Positions 1 through 10,422 of a stretch of 64,000 nt of DNA are shown in pieces (within the stretch, counting starts at the first letter, position 1; the number at the start of each line of letters is the position of its first letter). Source of the DNA: an uncultured Collinsella sp. Lineage in GTDB: Bacteria; Actinomycetota; Coriobacteriia; Coriobacteriales; Coriobacteriaceae. The notes beneath the pieces were generated by a model. That model made no database searches, was not told the origin of the DNA, and saw only the letters and a list, made by a program, of their open reading frames with translations. Both the position numbers and the translations under genes were made by a program. Location of the stretch: positions 56,575 through 120,574 of the forward strand of contig CAUHHV010000002.1 in the NCBI GenBank assembly GCA_959606065.1, read 5' to 3'.

Positions 1-132
1 GCCTGGCAAGCATCCTATTCCGCGCCAACGTGTTGCGAGCCGTATGCTTGTGTTTGAGAACGGTATTAGACACTTCCATCACCACCACATCGGACAAATG
101 GGCCATCGCCGCCGCTGCTGCCGCCGACAAAC

Positions 133-189
133 GTCTCGATCTGTACCAGGTAGACCGGTTTTTTGTCCCTAAACGTTACAGATCGAGAC
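133..189. repeat. Family-1 hairpin repeat (stems GTCTCGATCTGTA / TACAGATCGAGAC, about 25-nt loop); lies just downstream of the 230..937 gene
   Basis: Inverted repeat read directly. The stem sequence and the GACC..TTTT loop motif match the three hairpins at 7733-7950. Confidence 0.6.
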
Positions 190-229
190 ATAAAGGCAGA
201 AGGCAAGGCAGGCGACAACCGTCCATCCC

Positions 230-937
230 CTACTCCCATTCCTGTTCGTAGATGTTGAGCGACTTTACGTACCGCCCCTGGGCGCCCATGATGTCGCGGA
301 CCAGACGCAAGAAGAAGCTGATGCACGAGGTGTCAAAGCCGTCCTGCAGGTCCTCCGGATGCACCGCACCCGGCCCATCGACCGCCGTATCGCTCAGCCG
401 CGCGATGTCATACAGGTAGAGCTGTCCCGCCGTAAGCCAGACATCGTCGACGCAGGCGAGGCGCACCGCAATCGCGCCGTCACTCCAGTGCTCCTTCTGC
501 ACGATATGCGGATCGTAGACATCAAAGCGATGATCGGTGCGTGTGTCCTTCAGCGCAACCATGCCGTTCGCAGGATCCTTGTCCAAAATGCCAAAGCGCG
601 AGAAATACTGCGTGTCGCGTACCTGCTCGAGCCGCTTGAGCGAGGCAGGCGAAAGCGATGCCGGCGGCTCGTCAACATACAGCTCGAGCAGCGTCTTGCC
701 ATGGCGATAGGGGCGCTCGAAGAGCAGCCAATCGGTAAATGCCATGTTGTAGGCCATGATTTCGTTTTGCGAAGGCTCGGTGCAATAGCTGAGCCACGGG
801 TCGACAATGATCTCGAACTGTTCGCGCGCCGGCTCCAAAAACTGGAACTTCCGCAGCATCCAAAAATGGGCCATGTCGGCAATATCGTTGCCGACGGCTT
901 CGGCTAGCTCTGCTCTGTCAAAAGCGTGGTCAGTCAT
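230..937 (-). CDS. hypothetical protein (235 aa)
   Basis: Long ORF with coding-like composition. No family recognised from the sequence alone. Confidence 0.5.
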   Translation of the reverse strand: MTDHAFDRAELAEAVGNDIADMAHFWMLRKFQFLEPAREQFEIIVDPWLSYCTEPSQNEIMAYNMAFTDWLLFERPYRHGKTLLELYVDEPPASLSPASLKRLEQVRDTQYFSRFGILDKDPANGMVALKDTRTDHRFDVYDPHIVQKEHWSDGAIAVRLACVDDVWLTAGQLYLYDIARLSDTAVDGPGAVHPEDLQDGFDTSCISFFLRLVRDIMGAQGRYVKSLNIYEQEWE

Positions 938-1250
938 GGCATCCTCCTCAAACTGATGGACCTCAATTTGAGCTTACGAGGAAGGTGGGCAGCCACGACC
1001 AGCGCGGGCAAAATAGGCCTCCGACTGCAAACCAGATACTGACCAAACACTTGACGAAAAGCTTGATCGAAAATGCGCACCGCAACAAAACCGCAGGTAG
1101 ACATAGACGGCCAACCCGCCCTTTTGAGCCAGATGCCCGCAGCCACCACAGAAACAACAGGTGACCACAGCCCGAGAAGTCGACAAATGAACATCCGTAC
1201 GTCGACAAACGAGCAAACTGCTCGCAAATCCGCAAGGAGTGTCCCCGAGT

Positions 1251-1321
1251 GCCGACAGAAAAGGAACGTCCCTAACTGCCGGCACTTAGGCGGCACTTAG
1301 GGACGTTCCTTTTGTGCCGGC
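1251..1321. repeat. Family-2 palindromic element: 25-bp arms GCCGACAGAAAAGGAACGTCCCTAA / TTAGGGACGTTCCTTTTGTGCCGGC (2 mismatches), 21-nt loop
   Basis: Inverted repeat read directly, about 43 nt downstream of the gltD stop. Related motifs recur at 37158-37267 and 38238-38270. Confidence 0.6.
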
Positions 1322-1363
1322 CGTTGGGGACAGCCCTTGACGATTCAGCTGTGGGCAGCAGCC

Positions 1364-2845
<1,482 letters not shown>

Positions 2846-2850
2846 GGCAC

Positions 2851-5800
2851 TTACGCCTCCTTCTTGGTCGAAGCAACAGGGCTGGCAGCCACGGACGCAG
2901 CACCCGCAGCACCGCCCGCAATATCGAAGCGAGCGACATCCGCGGCGCTCGCGCGACCGGTCACAATGTCAAACGCCAGCTCCTCTGCCTGCGCATGCGT
3001 CTTACCGGCAGCCTCGCTCGCAGCGACAATCGCCAGCACACGCTCGTACTCGGTCGGAATGACCTTCACAAAGTGCTTGCTCATCGTCTCAAAGCTGTAG
3101 AGCAGCTTGATGCCGCGCGGGCTCTGCGTCGCGTCCACGTGCTCCTGGATGAGCTCGCGAATCTGCGCCAGCTCGCCGGCAGTCGGGGCCTTGAGCTCAA
3201 CGCTCTCGTGGTTCACGCGGGCATCGAGCGTGCCGTACTGGTCAAAAACATAAGCCACGCCACCCGTCATGCCGGCAGCGAAGTTCTGCCCGACCTCGCC
3301 CAGGATGAGCGCCAGGCCACCCGTCATGTACTCGCAACCGTGGTTGCCGCAACCCTCGACCACCACGGTGGCACCGGAGTTGCGTACGCCAAAGCGCTGG
3401 CCGGCCAGGCCGTTGATGAAGCCACGGCCGCTCGTGGCGCCAAAGAACGCAACGTTGCCCACGATGATGTTCTCGTCGAACTTGTAGGTCGCATGCGGAT
3501 TGGGGCGCACCGACACCTCGCCGCCCGAAAGGCCCTTGCCAAAGTAGTCGTTGGCGTCGCCGCACACGTTGAGCGTAATGCCGCGCGGCAGGAACGCGCC
3601 AAAACTCTGACCGGCTGAACCATCGCAATCGATGGTAATGGAGCCGGCGGGCAGGCCCTCGGGATGCGCCTTGGTCACCGCGTTGCCCAAGATGGTGCCG
3701 ACGCAGCGGTTGACGTTGGCGATATCGGCGCGGAAGCGTATCGGACGCAGGTGCGCACGGGCATCGGCCGTATAGGGCACAAACAACGTGGAGTCGAGCG
3801 TCTTGTCGAGCTCGCTGTCGGCAGCCATCTGCGGCAGGAAGTGACGACCGTCGGCACCCGGAATATGGGCACCAAACTCACAGGTCGCGCTCGCCAGCAC
3901 GGGCGACAGATCCAGCAGGTTAGCCTTGCGGTTCCCCGGGACCTCGATCTGGCGCAAGCACTCGGGATGGCCGACCATCTCGTCGACGGTGCGGAAGCCC
4001 AGGCTCGCCATGCCCTCGCGCAGTTGCTCGGCAACAAAGAGCATAAAGTGCTCGACGTGCTCTGGCTTGCCGCGGAAGCCGCGACGCAGGCGGCAGTTTT
4101 GCGTAGCGATGCCGGCGGGGCAGGTATCCTGCTGGCAGTCGCGCTGCATGAGGCAGCCCATCGAGATGAGCGGCATGGTCGCAAAGCCAAACTCCTCGGC
4201 GCCCAACAGGCAGGCGACAGCAACATCGGTGCCGTCCATGAGCTTGCCGTCGGCCTCGAGCACCACGCGCGAGCGCAGGCCGTTTTGCAGCAGCGTCTGC
4301 TGAGCCTCGGCAAGGCCAAGCTCCAGCGGCAGACCGGCGTGCCAGATCGAATCGCGCGCAGCGGCACCCGAGCCGCCATTGTGGCCGCTGATCAAAATCT
4401 TGTCGGCAGCACCCTTGGCAACACCAGTGGCGATGGTGCCGACACCAGCCTCGCTGACCAGCTTGACCGACACGCGCGCACCGGGGTTGGCGTTCTTAAG
4501 GTCGAAGATCAGCTCGGCCAGGTCCTCAATGGAGTAGATGTCGTGATGCGGCGGAGGCGAGATCAGGCCGATGCCGGGCGTGGACTGACGGACCTCGGCA
4601 ATCCAGGGGTAGACCTTCTTGCCGGGCAGGTGGCCACCCTCGCCGGGCTTGGCGCCCTGGGCCATCTTGATCTGAATCTCGAAGGCGCTGCACAGGTAGC
4701 GGCTCGTCACGCCAAAGCGCGCACTTGCCACCTGCTTGATCGCGGAGTTCTTGGAGTCACCGTTAGCCAGCGGGGTCTCGCGACGCGGATCCTCACCGCC
4801 CTCGCCCGAGTTGGAACGGCCGTGCAGGCGGTTCATGGCGATGGCCATGCACTCGTGTGCTTCCTTGCTGATGGAGCCGTACGACATGGCGCCGGTGTTA
4901 AAGCGGCGGACGATGTTGAGCGCGGACTCGACCTCGTCGAGCGAAACCGGCGTGCGGCCGCTGGCATCAAAGTCGAGCAAGTCGCGCAGACGCACGGTAC
5001 GGCCGGTGCGGTGCAGGCGGGCGCTGTACTCCTTAAAGGTGTCGTAGCTGTCCTCACGGCAGGCGGTCTGCAGCAGGTAGACGGTCTGGGGGTCGATGAG
5101 GTGTTCCTCGCCGCCGAGCGGGCGCCACTTGGTCAGGCCCAGCGTGGGCAGCTGATCGGGAGCCGGGCTCTTAAGGATAGCGAGCGCGGCGTCGTAGCGC
5201 TCGTTTTGCTCGCGTTCAACGTCCTCGACACCCATACCGCCCACACGGCTCACCGTGCCGGCAAAGTACGCGTTGACGAACTCCGGCGTAAAGCCCACGG
5301 CTTCGAAGATCTGCGCCGAATGGTAGCTCTGCACCGTGGAGATGCCCATCTTGGACATGATGGAGACGATGCCGGCGGTCGCAGCCTTGTTGTAGTTGGC
5401 GATGCCCTGCTCGGCCGTCACGTCCAGGTCGCCGCGTGCCGCCAGATCGCGGATGCACGCATGTGCGTTGTACGGATAGATGCCGCTCGCGGAGTAGCCC
5501 ACCAGTGCCGCAAAGTCGTGCGGGGACACGGCGTCACCGCACTCCACCACGATGTCGGCAAAAGTACGAACGCCGGCGCGGATCAGGTGGTTGTGCACGC
5601 AGCCCACGGCGAGCAGCGACGGCACGGGCACCTCGCCCGCAGCGGCACGATCGCTCAACACCACAATGTTCACGCCGTCGCGGACCGCAGCCTCAACGTC
5701 CTCGGCAAGCTGTTTGAGCGCAGCCTGCAGCGCGCCCTCGCCGGCATCGCGGCGGTAGACGGCACGGAAACGACGGGTCTTAAAGCCAACACGGTCGATG

Positions 5801-7548
5801 GCACAGATATGCTCGAACTCTTCCTCGTTGAGCAATGGGCGCTCCAAGCGCACCAGCTGACAGGCCGTGCGGGAATCCTCGAGCAGGTTGCCGTGGTTGC
5901 CCAGGTAGAGCGTGGTCGAAGTCACCATGTGCTCGCGCAGGGCATCGATCGGAGGATTCGTGACCTGAGCGAACAGCTGATAGAAGTAGTCAAAGAACGA
6001 ACGCGTCTTCTTGGACAGGCAGGCCAACGGCGCATCGATACCCATCGAGGCGAGCGGGGCCTTGCCCTGCTGGGCCATGGGGCGCACGACCTCGTCAACA
6101 TCATCCCAGTGATAGCCGAGCTTGGCCATGCGCACGGCGGCGGGCACCTCGGCATCCTCGGCGGGCGCGGGCGCGGCGGGCTCATCGAGCGCGTCGACGG
6201 TCAGTGTCTCCTCGGCAATCCAGTCGCGGTAGGGCTTCTCCTTGGCATAGCGGGCGCGCAGCTCGTCGTTGTAGATCACGCGGCCGCGGGCAAAATCGAC
6301 CTCGAGCATCTGGCCCGGTCCCAGGCAGCCGCTCGTCAGGATGTTCTCGGGGCTCACCTCGATGGTGCCCACCTCGCTTGCCAGCATAAAGCGGCCATCG
6401 CGCGTCACGTAGTAGCGGGCGGGGCGCAAGCCGTTGCGGTCGAGGGCGGCGCCCAGCGTGCGACCGTCGGTAAAGGCGATGGCCGCCGGGCCGTCCCAGG
6501 GCTCCATGAGCATGGACTGGTAAGCGTCGTAGGCGCGGCGCTCCTCACTCAGGCTATCGTTGTGGTCCCACGGCTCGGGCAGCAACATGGACGCGGCACG
6601 CGTGAGCGGGCGACCGTTCATGACCAAGAATTCGAGCACGTTGTCCAGAATCGCGGAGTCGGAACCCTCGCGGTTGATGATGGGCATCACGCGCTCAAGA
6701 TCGTGCTGCAGCACGGGGCTGTACAGGTTGGGTTCGCGGGCGCGAATCCAGTTGACGTTGCCCTTGAGGGTGTTGATCTCGCCGTTATGGATGATAAAGC
6801 GGTTGGGGTGCGCACGCTCCCAGCTGGGCGTGGTGTTGGTGGAGTAGCGCGAGTGGACGAGCGCCACGGCCGTTTTGACGGCGGCGTCGTTGAGGTCGAT
6901 GAAGAAGCGGCGCATCTGCGTGGCGACCAGCATGCCCTTGTACACGATGGTGCGCGAGCTCATGGAGCACACGTAGAAGATCTTGTCTCGCAGGGCAAAC
7001 TCGGCATCGGCCTTCTTTTCGATGGTGCGGCGGCACACGTACAGACGACGCTCAAAGGCATCGCCGGCGGGCGTGTCGTCCGGACGGCCCAGGAAGGCCT
7101 GCAGGATAGTGGGCATGCAGGCGCGGGCCGTCTCGCCCAGGTCGTGCGGGTCGACGGGCACCTCGCGCCAAAAGAGCAGCGGCACGCCGGCCTCGGCACA
7201 GCCCTCCTCAAACACGCGGCGGGCATCCTCTACGCCCTTGTCGTCCTGCGGGAAGAACAGCATGGCCACGCCATAGTCGCCCTCTGCCGGCAGAATCTGA
7301 CCGCACTTTTGAGCCTCTTTACGGAAAAAGTGATGCGGAACCTGGAACAGGATGCCGGCGCCGTCGCCGGTGTTCTTCTCGAGTCCCGTACCGCCGCGGT
7401 GCTCCAAGTTGACCAGAATGGACAGCGCGTCGTCCAGAATCTGGTGATGGCGCTCACCGTTGATATCGGCAAGCGCGCCGATGCCACATGCATCGTGGTC
7501 GAATTCGGGGCGATAAAGGCCCTGCTGCTGAGCGGAATCTGCCTGCAT
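2851..7548 (-). CDS. gltB: glutamate synthase large subunit
   Basis: 1565-aa ORF. N-terminal amidotransferase begins ...HDACGIG and is followed by FMN-binding and GXGXG domains. There is a 5-nt gap to gltD. Confidence 0.95.
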   Translation of the reverse strand: MQADSAQQQGLYRPEFDHDACGIGALADINGERHHQILDDALSILVNLEHRGGTGLEKNTGDGAGILFQVPHHFFRKEAQKCGQILPAEGDYGVAMLFFPQDDKGVEDARRVFEEGCAEAGVPLLFWREVPVDPHDLGETARACMPTILQAFLGRPDDTPAGDAFERRLYVCRRTIEKKADAEFALRDKIFYVCSMSSRTIVYKGMLVATQMRRFFIDLNDAAVKTAVALVHSRYSTNTTPSWERAHPNRFIIHNGEINTLKGNVNWIRAREPNLYSPVLQHDLERVMPIINREGSDSAILDNVLEFLVMNGRPLTRAASMLLPEPWDHNDSLSEERRAYDAYQSMLMEPWDGPAAIAFTDGRTLGAALDRNGLRPARYYVTRDGRFMLASEVGTIEVSPENILTSGCLGPGQMLEVDFARGRVIYNDELRARYAKEKPYRDWIAEETLTVDALDEPAAPAPAEDAEVPAAVRMAKLGYHWDDVDEVVRPMAQQGKAPLASMGIDAPLACLSKKTRSFFDYFYQLFAQVTNPPIDALREHMVTSTTLYLGNHGNLLEDSRTACQLVRLERPLLNEEEFEHICAIDRVGFKTRRFRAVYRRDAGEGALQAALKQLAEDVEAAVRDGVNIVVLSDRAAAGEVPVPSLLAVGCVHNHLIRAGVRTFADIVVECGDAVSPHDFAALVGYSASGIYPYNAHACIRDLAARGDLDVTAEQGIANYNKAATAGIVSIMSKMGISTVQSYHSAQIFEAVGFTPEFVNAYFAGTVSRVGGMGVEDVEREQNERYDAALAILKSPAPDQLPTLGLTKWRPLGGEEHLIDPQTVYLLQTACREDSYDTFKEYSARLHRTGRTVRLRDLLDFDASGRTPVSLDEVESALNIVRRFNTGAMSYGSISKEAHECMAIAMNRLHGRSNSGEGGEDPRRETPLANGDSKNSAIKQVASARFGVTSRYLCSAFEIQIKMAQGAKPGEGGHLPGKKVYPWIAEVRQSTPGIGLISPPPHHDIYSIEDLAELIFDLKNANPGARVSVKLVSEAGVGTIATGVAKGAADKILISGHNGGSGAAARDSIWHAGLPLELGLAEAQQTLLQNGLRSRVVLEADGKLMDGTDVAVACLLGAEEFGFATMPLISMGCLMQRDCQQDTCPAGIATQNCRLRRGFRGKPEHVEHFMLFVAEQLREGMASLGFRTVDEMVGHPECLRQIEVPGNRKANLLDLSPVLASATCEFGAHIPGADGRHFLPQMAADSELDKTLDSTLFVPYTADARAHLRPIRFRADIANVNRCVGTILGNAVTKAHPEGLPAGSITIDCDGSAGQSFGAFLPRGITLNVCGDANDYFGKGLSGGEVSVRPNPHATYKFDENIIVGNVAFFGATSGRGFINGLAGQRFGVRNSGATVVVEGCGNHGCEYMTGGLALILGEVGQNFAAGMTGGVAYVFDQYGTLDARVNHESVELKAPTAGELAQIRELIQEHVDATQSPRGIKLLYSFETMSKHFVKVIPTEYERVLAIVAASEAAGKTHAQAEELAFDIVTGRASAADVARFDIAGGAAGAASVAASPVASTKKEA

Positions 7549-7732
7549 CGCGATCCTCCCCTAGATATTTAGACAGTCAGTTGAATAGGCATACTAGGAG
7601 CATCGCCGACCCGTTGTGTTTCCCACCCGTTTCGAAACAATCGCGTAACGCACGCCCTACGAGTGGACACCGCCGACCTCAAGGGCGACAACATAGGCCC
7701 CAAGTTCGGCCTGTAAGCTCACTGCTTCAAAC

Positions 7733-7950
7733 ATCTCAATCTGTAACAGTAAGACCCAATTTCGACGACTAACTGTTACAGATCAAGATGTTTTCGAGAG
7801 ACGGTTCCGAATGTCTCAATCTGTAACACGAAGGGTCAGTTTTGGCGGTCAGCTGTTACAGATCGAGATTTTCCATAGGACCATTTCTTCCTGTCTTGAT
7901 CTGTAACACCTAGACCCAATTTCCATCCCCAGTTGTTACAGATCAAGACA
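7733..7950 (+). repeat. Tandem array of three family-1 hairpins (units about 7733-7789, 7814-7869, 7892-7950; 17-bp stems ..TCTCAATCTGTAACA / TGTTACAGATCAAGA.., 22-24-nt loops), each followed by a short T run; lies in the mntH 5' leader
   Basis: Read directly. Loops 1 and 3 share GACCCAATTTC. Unit 3 has a perfect 17-bp stem. Confidence 0.7.
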
Positions 7951-8071
7951 TTTCGGCAACCCCCTTTCCCCACCCCATTCAAATACAACTATTTTGTTAG
8001 TCATAGTTAACTTTTGAGCCTAAAACGGGTATCCTTTGCGGCGTCAAACAAACGGCACACAGGAGCGCACC

Positions 8072-9328
8072 ATGCTCAACCATCTCAAACAACATTTTGG
8101 CTCCCGACGCACCGGCGGTCACGGAGGCCTAGACATTGCGCGGCATATCGGCCCCGGGCTGCTCGTGACCGTCGGCTTTATCGACCCGGGCAACTGGGCC
8201 TCCAATATGGCCGCGGGCTCGCAGTTTGGATACGCGCTGCTGTGGATCGTCACACTGTCCACGATTATGCTCATTGTGCTGCAGCACAATGCGGCGCACC
8301 TGGGTATCGCCACGGGCGCCTGTCTTGCCGAGGCCACGACACGTTACCTCCCCCGCTTCGTCGGGCGCACGGTGCTCGCCAGTGCCTATCTCGCGACCAT
8401 CGCCACCGCCATGGCCGAAGTCCTGGGTGGCGCGATTGCCCTTCAAATGCTCTTTGGGCTGCCCGTGCGCGCAGGCTGCGTCATCGTGGCGGCGGCATCG
8501 ATGGCGATGCTCATGACGAGCTCCTACAAGCGCGCCGAGCGGTGGATCATTGCCTTCGTGGGCGTGGTAGGACTCTCGTTTTTGGCCGAGCTTGCGCTGG
8601 TCAAGGTCGACTGGCCGCAAGCCGCCACAAGCTGGATTACGCCCAGCATGCCCACCGGCTCGGCCGCGATTATCGTGAGTGTCCTGGGCGCGGTCGTTAT
8701 GCCCCACAACCTCTTTCTGCACTCCGAGGTCATCCAATCCATGCACTTCGAAGGCCAAGGCGAGCAAGTTATCGAAGAGCGTCTGCGCTATGAGCTCTTC
8801 GACACGCTCTTTTCGATGGGCGTGGGCTGGGCAATCAACTCGGCCATGGTCATCCTGGCCGCAACGACCTTCTTTGCGCACGGCATTGTCGTAGACGACC
8901 TCGCCGTCGCAGCGGCCACGCTCTCCCCCATCTTGGGCCCGGCGAGCTCGACTATCTTTGCGGTGGCGCTGCTGTTTGCGGGCCTCTCGAGTAGTGTGAC
9001 GGCGGGCATGGCGGCAGGCACCATCACCGCGGGCATGTTCGACGAGGAATACGACATCCACGACCGACATTCCTCGATTGGGGTGGCGGCATGTTTCGTC
9101 GGCGCAGTGGCGGCGTGTCTGGTCGTCCCAAATCCTTTTGAAGGTCTCATCTGGAGCCAGGCGCTGCTGTCGCTTCAGCTGCCGATCACGGTTTTCGTGC
9201 TTATACGGCTCACCAGCTCGCGCCGCGTCATGGGCAGATACGCCAATTCACGCCCGCTCAACACGCTGCTCGTAGGAATCGGTGCCATCGTGACGATTCT
9301 CGACATCGTGCTGCTAACGGGGATGTAA
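8072..9328 (+). CDS. mntH: NRAMP-family divalent metal (Mn2+/Fe2+) transporter
   Basis: NRAMP signature GPGLLVTVGFIDPGNWASN and multiple TM segments. Start chosen at the ATG that follows an AGGAG ribosome-binding site. The ORF is also open from 8036. Confidence 0.85.
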   Translation: MLNHLKQHFGSRRTGGHGGLDIARHIGPGLLVTVGFIDPGNWASNMAAGSQFGYALLWIVTLSTIMLIVLQHNAAHLGIATGACLAEATTRYLPRFVGRTVLASAYLATIATAMAEVLGGAIALQMLFGLPVRAGCVIVAAASMAMLMTSSYKRAERWIIAFVGVVGLSFLAELALVKVDWPQAATSWITPSMPTGSAAIIVSVLGAVVMPHNLFLHSEVIQSMHFEGQGEQVIEERLRYELFDTLFSMGVGWAINSAMVILAATTFFAHGIVVDDLAVAAATLSPILGPASSTIFAVALLFAGLSSSVTAGMAAGTITAGMFDEEYDIHDRHSSIGVAACFVGAVAACLVVPNPFEGLIWSQALLSLQLPITVFVLIRLTSSRRVMGRYANSRPLNTLLVGIGAIVTILDIVLLTGM

Positions 9329-9357
9329 TTGGGATGGCGTGACTGTCCAGATATAAC

Positions 9358-9375
9358 GTCTCAATCTGTAACACG
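9358..9375 (+). repeat. Partial (left-arm only) copy of the family-1 hairpin repeat, downstream of mntH
   Basis: GTCTCAATCTGTAACACG followed by a loop-like GTAAGGCCGTTTTAAACC. No right arm is present. Confidence 0.45.
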
Positions 9376-9397
9376 TAAGGCCGTTTTAAACCGTCAG

Positions 9398-9440
9398 ATA
9401 AATCAAAAGGGCCCCGGCCGAGAATTCGACCGGGGCCCTT
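9398..9440. terminator. GC-rich hairpin (AAGGGCCCCGG..CCGGGGCCCTT) between convergent mntH and rubredoxin; followed by a T-rich tract on the minus strand
   Basis: Stem-loop read directly. On the minus strand it is followed by TTTTGATTTAT, about 40 nt past the rubredoxin stop. Confidence 0.5.
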
Positions 9441-9479
9441 GGACAGAGCTATGTTCGGCTTTCGCCGTGTGCCTACGAG

Positions 9480-9623
9480 TTACTCCTCGACGAGCTCAAA
9501 CTCATCGGGGCCGACGCCGCAGACCGGGCATACGTAATCCTCGGGCAGCTCGGGCGTGTCGACCTCAACCTCGTAACCGCAAACGGTGCACACAAACTTA
9601 TACGTCTTCTTCTCCTCAGCCAT
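9480..9623 (-). CDS. rd: rubredoxin (47 aa; below the 60-aa cutoff of the ORF track)
   Basis: Hand translation gives [47 protein letters not shown]. It has two CxxCG motifs and a TAA stop. Confidence 0.8.
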   Translation of the reverse strand: MAEEKKTYKFVCTVCGYEVEVDTPELPEDYVCPVCGVGPDEFELVEE

Positions 9624-9712
9624 GATGTTCTCCTCTCGAACGCGACTGGTGATGTACTTCGTTTATTAGTATAGATTCTCAATAATATAATGCAAGTATT
9701 TTTAGAACATTT

Positions 9713-10216
9713 CTAGCCTTGATACGATGAAGCCTTGGGCGGCGTCTTGCCCTTCAAGACCTTGTGATAGTAGTCATAGGTCAGCGGGGCCTCGCCGCTC
9801 AAGCGCTCGGCGTCCTCCACCTCGCCGATAAAGAGCAGGTGCGTGCCCACGTCCACGGTATCAATCAGACGGCAGCTAAACAGCGCCGCCGCGTGCTCGG
9901 GCACATAGGGCATGCCCAGAGCGGTCTCGTGGGTCTCGTACTTGGCAAACTTGTCGTAATCGCTGCTGGTGCGGAAGCCAAAGTTGCCGATATAGAGCAT
10001 GTCGGCGGTCTGGTCAATCACGGTCAGCGCAAAGGCCTTAGCCGATGCGATTACGCCGGACGTGACATTTTCCTTGTTCACGGCAATCGAGATGCGCGGC
10101 GGGGCGGATGTCACCTGCACTGCTGTGTTGATAACGCAGCCGGCACGCAGCCCGTCTGCCACGGCGCTCACCACGTACAGGCCACTCGGCATGGTAAAGA
10201 ACGCAGTTTTGTCCAT
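9713..10216 (-). CDS. flavin reductase-like domain protein (NADH:flavin oxidoreductase family)
   Basis: Start placed at MDKTAFFTMPSGLYVV after a GGAG-like ribosome-binding site. The in-frame upstream extension reads through a repeat element and is probably not translated. Confidence 0.7.
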   Translation of the reverse strand: MDKTAFFTMPSGLYVVSAVADGLRAGCVINTAVQVTSAPPRISIAVNKENVTSGVIASAKAFALTVIDQTADMLYIGNFGFRTSSDYDKFAKYETHETALGMPYVPEHAAALFSCRLIDTVDVGTHLLFIGEVEDAERLSGEAPLTYDYYHKVLKGKTPPKASSYQG

Positions 10217-10343
10217 AACGATCACTCCCCTAACTCGGGATTGAGCCTCATGGATGTATGTACCCACAAAAAAGGCGACGCACATACCGAACGCCGCCTT
10301 TGAGACATATGTGTCAGAACAGTAAGCAAGATGGAACGCCCGC

Positions 10344-10410
10344 AGTTGCGGTGAAATAGAGACTGAATAGCCCCTCAAACAGGCAAAACAGTCCGTATTC
10401 CACCGCAACT
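10344..10410. repeat. Family-3 67-nt palindromic element (AGTTGCGGTGAAATA...TATTCCACCGCAACT)
   Basis: Perfect 10-bp terminal inverted repeat with partly paired inner arms. One of three 67-nt copies in the window. Confidence 0.65.
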
Positions 10411-10422
10411 TATGCAGAGTGC

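Noticed and set aside
30-326. ORFs 30..251 (+) and 66..326 (-)
   Set aside because: They overlap a family-1 hairpin and the 3' end of the 230..937 gene. They have Arg/Gly-rich shadow composition and no RBS context.
3664-7572. 1302-aa plus-strand ORF (and 23466..26558 plus, 1030 aa)
   Set aside because: These are antisense shadow ORFs opposite gltB and secA. They have low-complexity Gly/Ala/Arg-rich composition typical of high-GC DNA.
7733-7950. Possible CRISPR array (regularly spaced repeats)
   Set aside because: The repeats alternate in orientation and pair with each other as 17-bp stems around 22-24-nt loops. Consecutive loops are partly similar to each other. No cas genes are nearby. The units are hairpins, not direct repeats with unique spacers.
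8002-8025. MntR/DtxR-type operator in the mntH leader (TTGTTAGTCATAGTTAACTTTTG)
   Set aside because: It is only a weak GTTA..TAAC dyad with poor palindromic symmetry. It is kept as a low-confidence note, not a feature.
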